DNA of 61,899 nt, the filler included, from Nemertoderma westbladi (lineage: Eukaryota; Animalia; Xenacoelomorpha): the NCBI GenBank assembly GCA_032718475.1. It is 4 parts of 4 records of this genome, joined end to end, with 100 filler letters (N's around TTAATTAATTAA, not from the genome) between each part and the next. Parts side by side here need not be neighbours in the genome. Positions count along the whole stretch, not along the records: positions 41,659 to 55,603 come from JAUCBJ010002128.1; positions 55,704 to 61,899 come from JAUCBJ010006004.1; 2 more parts are not named here. One strand, given 5' to 3'. Shown piece by piece: positions 47,668-60,000 of the stretch (positions are counted from its first letter, which is position 1; every line of letters begins with the position of its first letter). The notes beneath the pieces were generated by a model. That model ran no database searches and was not told the DNA's origin. It saw only the letters and a program-made list of their open reading frames with translations. The translations under genes and the position numbers were made by a program.

Positions 47668-47908
47668 CTTTGTTACAAGTATAGGTTTTGATACTTTGTA
47701 AGGCTGGTAATCCTGCATTGTTTGTGTTGTCAGCTCTTGTTTCTTTGGTGGTTCCCATAGCGACGGGGCAGGTCGTCTACTCATCCTCATACCAACGCCA
47801 TAATGTCCTGGGTAATATTCTTGGTAGTGGCTTTGTATGATGCATTCTTTTACCACGTGTGGGCTGGTTTTGGTTTTTTTCTTGCAGTCTTTGTGATGTT
47901 TATGGCGC
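47668..47908 (-). CDS. SAXO1/SAXO2: SAXO-family gene, exon 2
   Basis: tatacag|(G)RHKHHKDCK..SHYQEYY..TTQTMQDYQPY..TK|GTGTGT; phases consistent with both neighbours. Confidence 0.85.
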
Positions 47909-48084
47909 CTGTATAAATATAAAGCTACATATCATATTGTGTATGAATAAAATTTATGTTGTTCGTAAAATATTATTGATCCAGGGCCTATACTATACTA
48001 CTACATGAACTCCTATAATCGGCTTGCTATATTGAAGCTGCACATTGAGATGCTATTCTGGCTTGAAAAAAATACTTTTCTCAT

Positions 48085-48270
48085 CACCTTGCAAGACACA
48101 ATTTGGCGGCTTATCAACAAAGTTGCGCCGCCACAACTCCCTATCCCCCATGGCTTTCGCGAGATTATCCGCATCTTGAAGACCAGTGTCCTCCAGTAGC
48201 CTCCAAAGAATGTTATGGACTCAAAAAAGATCCTTAGTGTTAGGTTGCCCTTCTTTGGACTGACATCAAC
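48085..48270 (-). pseudogene. RTE 3' fragment in SAXO intron 1
   Basis: Reverse complement matches about 51510-51600 (TGGGGATAGGGAGTTGTGGCGGCGCAAC). Confidence 0.7.
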
Positions 48271-48640
48271 ATCATATATTGAGGTCTTATAGTCCTATGT
48301 TTAATGTTTATAATGTATATTTTGAACACAATAAGCTCCGGCGGGTTTAGAACTAGAGTTTAATCCAGGTATAATATATAACCACGTTCAATTAGCGAGC
48401 TATTGAATTTTATAGTGCCCTTGTGATAAGTTATTCGTTGGTTGAGTAAAGTTGCTCTTTATCTATCTATGCATACTTTTAACCTGTAGGCCAATAAATA
48501 CACAGGAAGTGAACCATTTACATCTATGCTCCTATTTTATGAATATTTCAATTACTACTGTAGCACCAACGTTTAAATCCCACGTGTGGCTCGCCCCACA
48601 TCAACCCGCTATACAGTAGTGTAAGAAATCCACCACTTAC

Positions 48641-48729
48641 CCGCAGTCACATATTTCACAGATACACTGAAATTTGGGAAACTTCAATCTAAGAATTCGA
48701 TCTTCTTCTCTAGTATCAATGCGACTCAT
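48641..48729 (-). CDS. SAXO1/SAXO2: SAXO-family gene, first coding exon
   Basis: MSRIDTREEDRILRLKFPKFQCICEICDCG|GTAAGT; spliced CICEICDCGRH matches the SAXO1/2 N-terminal Cys motif. Confidence 0.85.
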
Positions 48730-49984
48730 TATTACAAGTTTATTACCCCAATTGGTTTGGGATGAGTTATTAGTATAACCAGAAATTTATCAATATAATT
48801 TACAATACGGCGTATACTACAGATTTATTACTTACTTACTATAATTATACTACAGATTTACCATTAGGTTACTGTTTCTGGCTGTCAAATAGGGAGCGCT
48901 TAGGCAGAATTTGTGACATTGAAAAATTAATACAGGAAAATTTTAACTATAAACTATGTTATATTTTTATACAGTGTTTATTCAAATTTAGTTTATTGTT
49001 TTGTTAGAAACGACCGCCACTGCAACCTGCTCTTTGCCGCAAACCTTAAATGATAATTAACAGAATTAAATATGCGCTAAATTAAGTTGTGAAGTAAATT
49101 TCACATGTAGCACAAATTCTGTACCACATCAATCTGTTATACATACAAAGTAACAACGACCAGTTTTTACATATTACAAGTTTCGTATACCCTCCACTGA
49201 ATTTTATAAAATAAATTAATTTTGTATGTATATATTCAGATAGTAACTCTTTCATATGGGCTGTACGTGTGTAGTACACTGAGCTTTATAAACATTTTGG
49301 TGAAGTTACCGTTGTTGCTATGGTAGCAGCATAACACAACGAATAGCAATATGGCAATATAGTGCGCCCCTGTAATATTATATTGTATTGTTTAAATCCT
49401 TCAAGGTATTATCTTCACTGTTTATCGATTATTAAGCTAATCTGCAGGCCTATTATTCAGCAGTAAAAGATATCATAGTAGGCCTACTAGAGTTTAATTA
49501 ACTAGGCTTATATATTAATGCAAAATTCGGTTTCACGAAAAATAACTACGCAGATGATATTTATTTTGATAGTTTTTCCGTTGGCTAAACAAAATGTGAA
49601 AAAGTAAATCACGAAAAAAAGAATGTTCGGTCATTAATAAATAACTAAAAAATAAAATAAAAATACGTAATTTATTTCATAAGATGAAATATGTTTTTTT
49701 GTGGAAAATAACATGAATCAATGGCTTGTGATACTTCATGTACTTTGTGTACTACGGTACCGGTACTACTGTATGACTGTTGTACCGTACAACATCTTAT
49801 GTTAAAGTTGGCTTTGGATTTATTATTTGTAACGTATCAGTGTAACTTTGACAACCTGGCCGGGGGGGGGGGGGGGGGGGGGGGTGTTGGCAATAACCTA
49901 TTGGTGTAATTAGGCCTATATATAGTTCGCGTCAATTTATTCACTATTTTATTACCGTACAGTAGGCCTACAGTAAGAGCCTCA

Positions 49985-51655
49985 TAGCTCCTCAATAATG
50001 ACAGGGTATTGCCTGATAACTTTATAGAAGTAAAAGTGTCTGAGTCTGTACTCCCAGATATTCCCATTGGCGATATCTCCTTTGCAGAAGTGAAGGCTGC
50101 TGCAGAGAGCATTAAGACCAATCGTGTCAGTGGAGTAGATGGTGTTCCCCCTGAGGTCTTTAAAATACCTGAGTGTTTAAAGCTCATCTATCCCATCATA
50201 GTAGACATGTACCGAACAACAAGAGTCCCACAAGAAATGAAAACAAATAAGTTGGTGCCAGTTCCCAAGAAGGGCAACCTAACACTATGGTTCTTTTCGG
50301 GGAATCTCATTGATCTCGATTGCTGCAAAGCTATACAATAGAATTATATTAAATCGCATCAGGGATCCCATTGAGAAATTGCTCCGTGGAAATCAGAATG
50401 GGTTCCGTAAAGGTCGTGGGACCATGGAGCCCATTTTTGAATTTTTGAATTGAAGAGTTATCAAAAAAGAAAGACAGGCATCTGGCTGTTATCTTTGTTG
50501 ACTTCTTCAAGGCCTTTGATTCAGTTTCTCGCTCACGTATGTTCAGCATACTTTCATTATATGGAATTCCTGATGAAACTATTGCAGCAATCAGATCAGT
50601 ATACGATGGTTCGACAACATTTGTGTCTACTGTTGACGGTGACACAGAACCATTTGAAGTGTTATGGGGCGTCCTCCAGGGAGACACACTTGCACCATTC
50701 TTGTTCATAATTGTTGTTGACTATGTTCTACGCATGTCCTTAGATCATCATAATGATGATGGGGTGATGATAACTCCACCTACTGGCTCCAGAATTCGAG
50801 GAAATCCTGCCAAGTACCTAACTGATCTAGACATTGCTGATGACTTAGGAGTACTCTCAGATTCACTAGAGGGAGCCCAACGGCTCCTCAGCTCATTAGA
50901 ACATGCTGCTTATAGTGTTGGTCTTTTTATTAACTCCAGAAAGACCAAAATTTTGACAGTTAACTTTGAAAGTCCTCAGCAAGTCTCTGATCGGATGAGC
51001 ATAAGCTCAAAAGATGGTATGCTTGAGCATGTGGATGACTTCTGTTACCTGGGATCATGGATCCGGAAGTCAGGTGAGGACCTTCGAATACGTAAGGGAA
51101 AGGCATGGGCAGCCTTGAATAGGCTTTCCAGGATTTGGAAGGCACCGAGAATTAATCGGAAACTTAAGGTCCGGTTATTTAGAGCAGCAGTAGTTCCAGT
51201 ACTCCTCTATGGGAGTCCATGCTGGGCTCTAACTGCTGAGGACACCAAATCTCTGGATGGCACATTCACAAGAATGCTACGCCGGGTTCATTGTGTCAAG
51301 TTCAATGCACACATCTCCAACCAGACACTATATAACATTGGAGGTGTATCATTGGTTCCCCCAAGCTTGACACTAGAACAAAATCGCCTCCGCTTTGCAG
51401 GACATTGCTTTCGCCGTGAGGACCAGCCAGTGCATAATCTTGTACTTTGGCAGCCTCATGGAGTGAGTAAGCGTGGTGGACAGCCCATGACTTTCTTGAG
51501 ACGCATCTTAAAGGACACTGGCCTTGAAGATGCCGATGATCTAGCAAATATCATGGGTGATAGGGAGTTGTGGCGGTGCAATTTTGTCGATAAGCCGGCA
51601 CAGCATTCTTAAAAATGCAGCTGCAATGCAGCATGCCGATCCTAGTAGTAGTAAG
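49985..51655 (+). mobile_element. 5'-truncated RTE-clade LINE with frameshifts (RT segment 50539-51612)
   Basis: GVDGVPPE, VPKKG, QNGFRKGR, VDFFKAFDS, GVLQGDTLAPFLF, DIADDL, YLGS, GHCFR; short (TAG)n tail. Confidence 0.92.
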
Positions 51656-51861
51656 ACAACCTCATCAATAAAATGTTAAGTTAGAGCTTACATTGTATAT
51701 TGCTCATGAGCATGGATGTTTTAGTTAAATTTATGTGCTCGGCAGGTTTAAAGTTTTAAAGTATTTCAATCTGCGTGGGGGTGGGGTGGGTGGGGGAGGG
51801 GGGGGGGGGGGGGGGTACCAGGGCTCTACAGTACTATCTCACATGGCCTTTATATGTTTAA

Positions 51862-52140
51862 CCCTATTAAAACCGGGGGAAGGGGGTCAAATGACCCCAC
51901 CCCGTGGTTTTTCTTATATCTCAGAAACAAACAGTTGGGAATCTGAAACTTTGTGACTTTTCCTAAAAATCGATTGTCTTCCTAATAGTGAACACGGTTT
52001 TTTTATATTTTCTTAAATTTTTTGCCGAAGCTCTACTTTGACTTAACTGACGATAGATAAATCGGTGAATTATTATTGCAGAGACAATTCCAAAAACTTT
52101 TGAAACAATAGATTTCCGACAGTTTTATCAATGACAAGGC
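51862..52140 (+). mobile_element. Possible piggyBac-type MITE end
   Basis: TTAA|CCCTATT followed by GGGGGTCAAATGACCCC; partner end not found. Confidence 0.4.
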
Positions 52141-52217
52141 AAGTGCAGGGTAGGCTAATTGTTCAGAATATCTGTGTCCTTGCCCGGAGTTTTATTATTC
52201 AAATAATCTAAGATTGC

Positions 52218-52390
52218 AGCAGCTTGCTTGGTCTAGTGGTGACATTCTCGGGCTTCCAATTAGGAAGTCCTGGTTCGATCCCTAGATGGGGGATGGGGCA
52301 ACACTGTTTGGGCACAGTGCTTTAAATGTTGCAGCCTAGCCCAACCCTGGCTTTCATCCTTCAGTGGTCGATAAATGGGAACCAAAGCAA
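52218..52390 (+). mobile_element. tRNA-derived SINE head and central domain
   Basis: A box TGGTCTAGTGG, B box GGTTCGATCCC, then TTCATCCTTC..GGTCGATAAATG(G)GAACC, a SINE-like core. Confidence 0.7.
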
Positions 52391-52394
52391 CTTG

Positions 52395-52757
52395 GGAAAC
52401 AGAGTGGAAGGGCTTACTGTGGAAGATCACCCATGGTGGTGAACAGGCATTCCTTTAGGAAACAGAGTGGACGGGTTTACTGTGGAAGATCACCCATGAT
52501 GGTGAACAGGCATTCCTTTAGGAAACAGAGTGGAAGGGTTTACTGTGGAAGTCACCCATGGTGGTGAATAGGCATTCCTTTAGGAAACAGAGTGGAAGGG
52601 TTTACTGTGGAAGATCACCCATGGTGGTGAACAGGCATTCCTTTAGGAAACAGAGTGGAAGGGTTTACTGTGGAAGATCACCCATGGTGGTGAACAGGCA
52701 TTCCTTTAGGAAACAGAGTGGAAGGGTTTACTGTGGAAGATCACCCATGGTGGTGAA
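52395..52757. repeat. 63-bp tandem repeat (about 5.7 copies) directly after the SINE head
   Basis: GGAAACAGAGTGGAAGGGTTTACTGTGGAAGATCACCCATGGTGGTGAACAGGCATTCCTTTA. Confidence 0.93.
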
Positions 52758-53002
52758 TTCCCTGGCATTCTGCCAGGGAATCTGGAATTCTGACATTCCC
52801 TGGCTAACGAGTCTAAAAGATTCTCCCATTCATAATCTAAGATTGTCTGAAAGGGAAAAAACTTTCTAATTAATTGTTTGTAAGCGAATAATTATTTAAT
52901 CACATCAAAGGATAACAAATCAAACAGACAATAAACATAAAACGGACAAAATATCGGTGCAAAATTCAATGACAGAGTTAAATTAATGCGGTGCGGGTTT
53001 AT

Positions 53003-53824
53003 CTAGGTGATTCTCTTGATTGTGCGACTGCATGACCAGGCCCATGAAGTCAACCAATCAAACTTCCACACACAGAGATAAAGGACCCCCAAGTACAGCG
53101 CTGCCGCCATGGCAACTACCAAGTCGAAAATCGCGGGTTTAACCCCATAGGCGGTTATCTTGGTTGTCATAGCGTCGTAGAACATGAAGTCGGGATCCCT
53201 TCGATCGGGTTTAACCGAGACTCGAGACAGACTGGCGCCCAGGTACTGCCGCATGTGGGCCTCTAGAAGGGCCGGGAGAGCTTGGTTGGGGTTGCCTAGC
53301 AATGCCTGGTTGCCGGGGACGCCGCTGAGGTAGTCAACCCAGGAGGCGAGAGAGTCCCGACACACGGAGAGCTGACCCTGAAACACTCGGGCCACGTCCG
53401 TGTTGGAGTACAGCAGTTCCCCTAGAGAGTCGACCAGGCGAGTGGTGCGGTCGCCTAGCAACCCGATGTCGACAGTCCGGGGGACCAGAGACCGGGCCCA
53501 AGGGTCCCTCGATGGACCGGCATAACCACTCAAGGTAAGCGCCGGGAGTCGTTTGATACTGTAGCGTTCGTGTTGCCATGACAAGACTTCATCAGCTAGA
53601 TTTATCTTCTTTGACACGAGGAGACCATTGCGCCCCCATGCGGCGACCAGCCGCTCGGAATCCGTTCCATTCCGAGGCGGCTTAGAGACGTGGAGTCGGA
53701 TTCTGTTATCAGATTCCGTTTCAACATGGAACCCATCCAAACAAACAACAACGGCCACATTACTGAGTAGTGGGTTGTCAATGTTGGAATTGTCGAGTTG
53801 TTCTTCGAGAAATAGTTTGTCTCC
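53003..53824 (-). CDS. NCLN: Nicalin, terminal coding exon (C-terminal half with TM helix)
   Basis: ttttctag|GDKLFLEE..NVAVVVCLD, LHVSKPP, KKINLADEVLSWQHERYSIKRLPALTLS, YGVKPAIFDL plus TM segment. Upstream exons not identified. Confidence 0.88.
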   Translation of the reverse strand, partial: GDKLFLEEQLDNSNIDNPLLSNVAVVVCLDGFHVETESDNRIRLHVSKPPRNGTDSERLVAAWGRNGLLVSKKINLADEVLSWQHERYSIKRLPALTLSGYAGPSRDPWARSLVPRTVDIGLLGDRTTRLVDSLGELLYSNTDVARVFQGQLSVCRDSLASWVDYLSGVPGNQALLGNPNQALPALLEAHMRQYLGASLSRVSVKPDRRDPDFMFYDAMTTKITAYGVKPAIFDLVVAMAAALYLGVLYLCVWKFDWLTSWAWSCSRTIKRIT

Positions 53825-54499
53825 CTAGAAAACAAAAATAGTATAAAAATATTAAGATAAAAGTAAATTAAATCTACAGACAAAACCGCTCTAACCATTT
53901 TGATGAAATTTTCACAGCGGCTGGCTGGCCAGATTCTAAGGTCCCTAAAAGTGTCATAGACGCAATGGTAATATAACACCAATAACAACTGTTGTTCACG
54001 ATGAAAAATGGCTTATGTAATGGATTTCTATACAGGCTTAGTTAATACAAATCGATGAGGTTGTCAATATTTCTGTACTTAGTTCACCAATACTGTTTGT
54101 TTAGGCCCTACCACTCTCTGGCAAAGCAAACATTAACTGGTTGGTTTAGTTTGTAATCTATTATAACCTCAGCTGAATAACTCTTCCCAATGCATCCTAT
54201 AGGCCTTACAGGAATACAGGAATACAGAGTGGGATCTCTCTCTCTGACCAAAGGCAAATATTCATTTTACCCAGCTGATAGCTCCTTTCACAGAAAATAA
54301 AATAAAATGTTGTCATATGTTTTCAGTTTATAGAGGATGAGTACCACTTTTTGCTATAGCCTGTCGGGTCTCTCAGGATCTTAGAATCTTTAATTTTCTA
54401 CACGTTACCATGGAAACTTATTTTATTTAAGGATGCAAGTCAGAGATGTGCCCTGGCTGGTCCCTGTAAAGCATTCGTGTGGAAAACTACTTATCGACA

Positions 54500-54570
54500 T
54501 ATGCAGGGATCGAACCCACGACCTCCAGGAGATGTAAATCGATGCAACCAACCACTACACCAAGTGGGAT
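54500..54570 (-). mobile_element. tRNA-derived SINE head fragment
   Basis: Reverse complement TGGTGTAGTGGTT..GTGGGTTCGATCCC (A and B boxes) without a proper cloverleaf. Confidence 0.6.
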
Positions 54571-55603
54571 CGTGCCGCGATAATATATAGTTTATTGACA
54601 ATAATTTACTGTTTTAAGAAACAAAAATTTTAGTTACCAATTGAGGGAAACAGAGAGGTTACAGAAACGGCTTTTACTATCCAAAACAATAGTTGTTTAG
54701 TGGGCGAAGGTTGTTTCGGGCGAAGGTTTCCGCCGAGTGATAGAGATGCTCATTTTCGCCCATGTGAAGAATACCAGGATTTCACTTTTCGGTCGACTTT
54801 TTATTGTAATTTTATATATGAAGATTTTTTATTTTTTTTAATTTATCTTTATTAAGTGTTTCATAGTGCTTTTATTTCCGTCCTATAACCTGTACATATA
54901 CTAATTCGTTTATTGTTTTGGTTAGATTCAGCCCTTCTGAAACCTGTGTATTCTTCACATGGGCCCTCATTTTAAGGGCGAATATTGCTCCGGGCGAAGA
55001 TTGGACGCGGGCGAAGCTTTCTCGCTGGCGAAGTTTGCTGCGTACCATACGAAGACAATTTATAAACGGATCTCGGCAAACAAACAATAAACCTGAATCC
55101 GTTGGCGTTGGGCCATAACCCTTTTAACTAATTCTTTCCCAGACACTTTTAAGGCCGGAGAACCCCCCCCCCCCCCCCCCCCACACCTCCAGTACTTGTT
55201 CTACCTGCCGCCATAAATAATGGAATATTGCGATTTCGTTTTTATTCAGTGGTAGTTTTTCTTAGTCATTCAAAAAATTAACTCCTATGTGGTGTTCTTC
55301 TGCTCCAATGCCCATATTCAACGCTCAGATTGCAAACTAAAACGCTCATGCAGAAACAGGATCTGGTAAATATCACTCTCTCTCACTGCGCACTTTGAAC
55401 CTCTACACTGACTGCATAGTTGTTTGTTCAATCTGTTTTTGGAATATGTTATTTAATTGCGAAGTGCAGATAAGAAACCTTATATAAATTGGTTGAACAA
55501 TTAGTGAATAATGATAAACATTATCTCTTTGTATTCGTTATCTCTCCAACCACACATCAGTAACGCTATTGACATTATAATGTAACGTAGATAATGATAA
55601 TGT

Positions 55604-55703
55604 NNNNNNNNNNNNNNNNNNNNNNNNNNNNNNNNNNNNNNNNNNNNTTAATTAATTAANNNNNNNNNNNNNNNNNNNNNNNNNNNNNNNNNNNNNNNNN
55701 NNN
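55604..55703. other. Assembly gap with linker
   Basis: N-run with TTAATTAATTAA. Confidence 0.97.
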
Positions 55704-56069
55704 ACATTTGGCTCATTCCATGAAAAGGTCAACCTCCCCACTAATTTCTAAAAATTAGATGTAGCTTTGAATTTATACTTATTTTAGGTCAAAATTTATC
55801 GTACTTCATGAATTCAGTGCTAAAAATTGTATCAACACAGGTGGTTTATCAAAAATAGTCGAATTACAAATTATGCACCTGCTCTGCACAAAATGTGAAT
55901 AAAAGTGTGCAAAAGTTTCGTTTCCTGTAGGCACTTCCTATGACCAATAAATTAACATTTCTGAGCATGTACCAAATCAAAAACAAACCCATTTTCGAAT
56001 TTTTTTGGTTTTATTTAATTTCACCAGTGTTTCGTTCCTCTGTAATGAAATCGATAAAGTTAATCTTGT

Positions 56070-56522
56070 GATGTCCCATACTTTACCTAAAATAGTGAAA
56101 TTTTTAGTTTATTCACAGAGATGTAACTCAGCCTAATCACCCAGTGGAATGCAAAGCACGTTTGTGTTGCGTCATCGTATAAAACAATTAGTTTCATCTT
56201 CACTCCCTCAGAAATATCATGGCGGCCAATTGAAAATTGTCCCATACTTTACCATCAAAATGACGATTATATTAGTGCACTGTATTAATGTAATATGTGA
56301 AGCCATGAGTGATATAATACTCTAAGGTCATAGTCGGCCGTAAGAATAGGAGTCTATATTTTAACTGAGAATCATTCCTCAGTCAATAAATCCTTGGGTT
56401 TATGCATGTAAAGTCCCATACTTTACCAAAAAATAGTGAAATTTTTAATTTATACACAGAGAAGTAGTCTAACTAAGCCCAATCACCAAGTGGAATGCAA
56501 AGCACGTTTGTGTTGGCGTCGC
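56070..56522. repeat. ~105-bp imperfect direct repeats (56070-56175 and 56410-56522), likely transposon subterminal sequence
   Basis: GTCCCATACTTTACC..GTGGAATGCAAAGCACGTTTGTGTTG twice; TCCCATACTTTACC also at ~56240. Confidence 0.75.
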
Positions 56523-57030
56523 GGACGAATTTTGTGTCTCCCAAACTTGCGAAAAGCGGTCTAATCCTCGAAGCGGTCCAGAAATGAGTCCTTGAGTCCT
56601 GAAAAGTCAAAGGTGAGAGTTTTACTTCTACTCTACGAAAAATCTTCCTAGGTACCGATACAACTTGGTCTTTAAACCCTATGTACCTTTTCAAGTACCG
56701 AAAGTAACACCGCACACACACGGCGTAAAACAAATTGCTACAAACTAACTATTAGCTAGTCAAATATTAAATACGAAACTACTAGCTACCCTAAATGCCT
56801 GCTGAAGCAGGGGACGTTCTACAAATTACTAATTTTACTAAATTTTAAATTGTAAATATCTCCTACTTTTACAATAGCTAACGATATAGTTATATATATA
56901 TATCTTACTATAGTAAAAGATATATCTTACCTTTGTAAGATAAAATATCTCTCACTTTGAGATCCTCTACGGTAAGGGCTATCCTATGGCCTACAAATCT
57001 ACTAATATGAAGCTATAGAATATATATTAC

Positions 57031-60000
57031 TGTAAAGTCCAGTAGTATACCGCTTACCAGATCCTAGTAACGATGTATCTTACCATAAGATCTAGTAATG
57101 TAACGGACTCGTACAGTATCTGACAACAAATCCAAGTCCAGGGTATCTAAACAAACAGACGCAAACTGCTACTGGCGAGGAGCAGAGCCTAGTGTCTATT
57201 CTATGTACGTGAGCGGGTCTAATGCCTACGAACTAGACAAAAGGAAACCTGTCCTCTAACCGGTGAGGCAGATGTACAGTTACAGTAACAGACCAAACTC
57301 ACGGGAAAACAATCCCCGCGCAGCGAATCCTAACTATCGCTGACAGTCCTAAATACTGTAACTTGCCGCGGTGTGATTTATATGGTTTATATACGAGCTA
57401 GTGGGTGTTATGTAGTAATTAATGGACACAGGGCCTATGGGTACCGTGGTATTACTTATATTACATTGGTGCTGGGTCTGGACAGTCTGCACATGTAGTG
57501 CAGGAGTACCGTGCTAGTTGCTATTGTTATTCAGTCAGTTAGTCCGATTCTATATTATACATTGATTATATTAGCCTATAATATATTATTCATCGGACTT
57601 ACCTTGACGCAGTAATGGCTGAATTATGGAATATATCCATAATTTTGGAACCTAAAAAACTAAAAAACTGTCTGAACGTAGCGGTGTTCTGTGTGACCAT
57701 TACAACATAAATTGCTGTAGGCCCACTCGGACTAACTTCAGTACCCGTAGCCTAACTTATAATGGCCCAACCAACGGAAGAGGACACTCTAAACCTCGAT
57801 CCGGACACCATCGAGGACCTTGGTAGAGCAGAGCTTAAATATAATCTAACGAATGCTGGAATTAATTTCCAGGATAAAACATCTACAAAATCTCTTAAAC
57901 AGCGACTTTGTAAGTTTCTCCTCAAAGATGATAACGCCCTCCCGGGAGATGCGACAGCAACTGGTGTAAATTTGGCGGCAATTCTACAGGGGACTCATAC
58001 AGCTACCACGGGGATATCGCTTTAGAGGGAATTGACAATATAAAAAAGATTGTCGATGACATACTGATAGAGGACTCCTCATTCGATAAACATATTGAAC
58101 GTGTTCGTTCTGTACTAGAAAGATGTCGCCTGCATGGAATAACCCTCAACCCCTGGAAATGCCAATTCGCGCAAAACGAAATTCAGTTTGCCCGATATAT
58201 TATATCACATAATAGCATTGAAGCCGACCCAGAAAAGGTCAAGGCGATTTTTGAATTCCCAAAACCTACAAACATCACAGAACTAAGGAGTTTTATGGGA
58301 CTAACAAACCAGTTAGGTTGTTTTTCCTCCAGCGTTAGCACTGCAGCGGTTCCTTTACGAGAATTATTATGGTCACAGAATCAATTCATTTGGACTCCAA
58401 ACCATGATGTTTCGTTTAATAATGTAAAGAAAGCATTAACAAGTCCACTGGTACTCACCCCATTTGTGGTTGGAGATGAAATACGGTTAGAGACTGATGC
58501 AAGTAGATTAAATGGCCTCGGATTTAACCTAATGCAGAAACATTGCAATGGCGATTGGAGGCTAGTTATGTGCGGTAGTCGTTTTCTCTCAGATGCCGAA
58601 TCTCGATATGCGACAATTGAGTTGGAGGCAATAGCGATTAAATTTGCAATAGAGAAGTGCAGGTTATATCTATCTGGAATCGACTTCTTCAGATTCATTA
58701 CCGATCACTGGCCACTCATTCCAATATTCAATCAACATACGCTTAACCAAGTCGAGAATTTAAAACTACAGCGCATTAAGGCTGACTTACAGTCAAAATA
58801 TCAGTTTGTTGTAGAATGGCAAAAGGGAAATAAAAACGGTGTTGCAGATTGCCTAAGTCGAGCGCCAGTTAATGATCCCGAACCTGGGGATGATTTTGAT
58901 ACAATATGCACATTAGCTGCAATATCATCTGAACTTCAACAATCCAGTGGAAGTCAGCTATTGAGGAAATTCGATCAGCTGCTCTAGTCGATTCTGATTA
59001 TAAACAACTCATCGAGTCAATTTTAAATGGATTTATAAACTTGGAGAAATACTCAAGTTTTGTCCAACAATTCAAGTCAATCCATCACGAGTTATCTGTG
59101 GACAATAATCTTGTCCTATTCGGCCCACGTTTGGTAATTCCCAAAAAAAAACGGCAATACGTTCTAGAACGTTTACATTCCTCACACCAGGGAATCGTAC
59201 GTACAAAGCAGCGGGCACGTTCTACAGTATATTGGCCTGGTATTAACAGTGATATAGTTAATTATATTGGGCGTTGTAACAAATGTCAGGAACACCTACC
59301 CAGTCTTCCTAAGGAGACATTGATGTGCGACCCTGTTCCTGAACGACCTTTTCAATGTTGCTCAGCGGATTTATTTGCACTGGCTGGATGTCACAACCTT
59401 GTTTATACTGACTTGTTATCCGGCTTTCCAATAGTGGCCCAATAGCGGCTGGACCCGACTGCACAACAACTTACTTTTGTAATGCGGAAATTTTTTGTAG
59501 ATTTCGGCGTTCCAACTTTTTTAAGGACAGACAGGGGACCACAATTCGCTGCTTCCAGATTTAGAAAATTTCTAGAACGGTGGGGTGTGAGATGGGGTCC
59601 CAGCACCCCATATTTCCCATCGAGTAATGGCCACGCTGAGAGCCATGTGAAAATCATTAAAACAATGTTAGCGAAATTAACAGATCAAGATATTAGCTCG
59701 GAACCATTCCTGGAAGCTATTCTAGAACTCCGGAATACACCACGACCTGATGGGCATTCGCCCAATCAAATCATATTTGGCCATAACTTACGTTCAAGAT
59801 TACCAGTCCACCATAGCTCTTTTGACGCTAGATGGCGTCAGTCAGCCGATGACGCCGATTTGAAATATTCCACTTTGCACGAAAAAATTGTGGAGCATTA
59901 TAACCTCAATGCACATGACTTAAAACCTCTACGTATTGGCGCCACAGTTCGCGTTCAGGATCCAAGGACGAAACTTTGGGACCGCCTTGGAACTATTGTC

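Noticed and set aside
52364-52869. ORFs with a 21-aa repeat (VVNRHSFRKQSGRVYCGRSPM)
   Set aside because: Translation of the 63-bp SINE-linked repeat; a 1-bp deletion shifts the frame mid-array.
52218-54570. tRNA-like sequences at ~52220 and ~54500 as true tRNA genes
   Set aside because: A and B boxes are present but stems do not pair; SINE heads.
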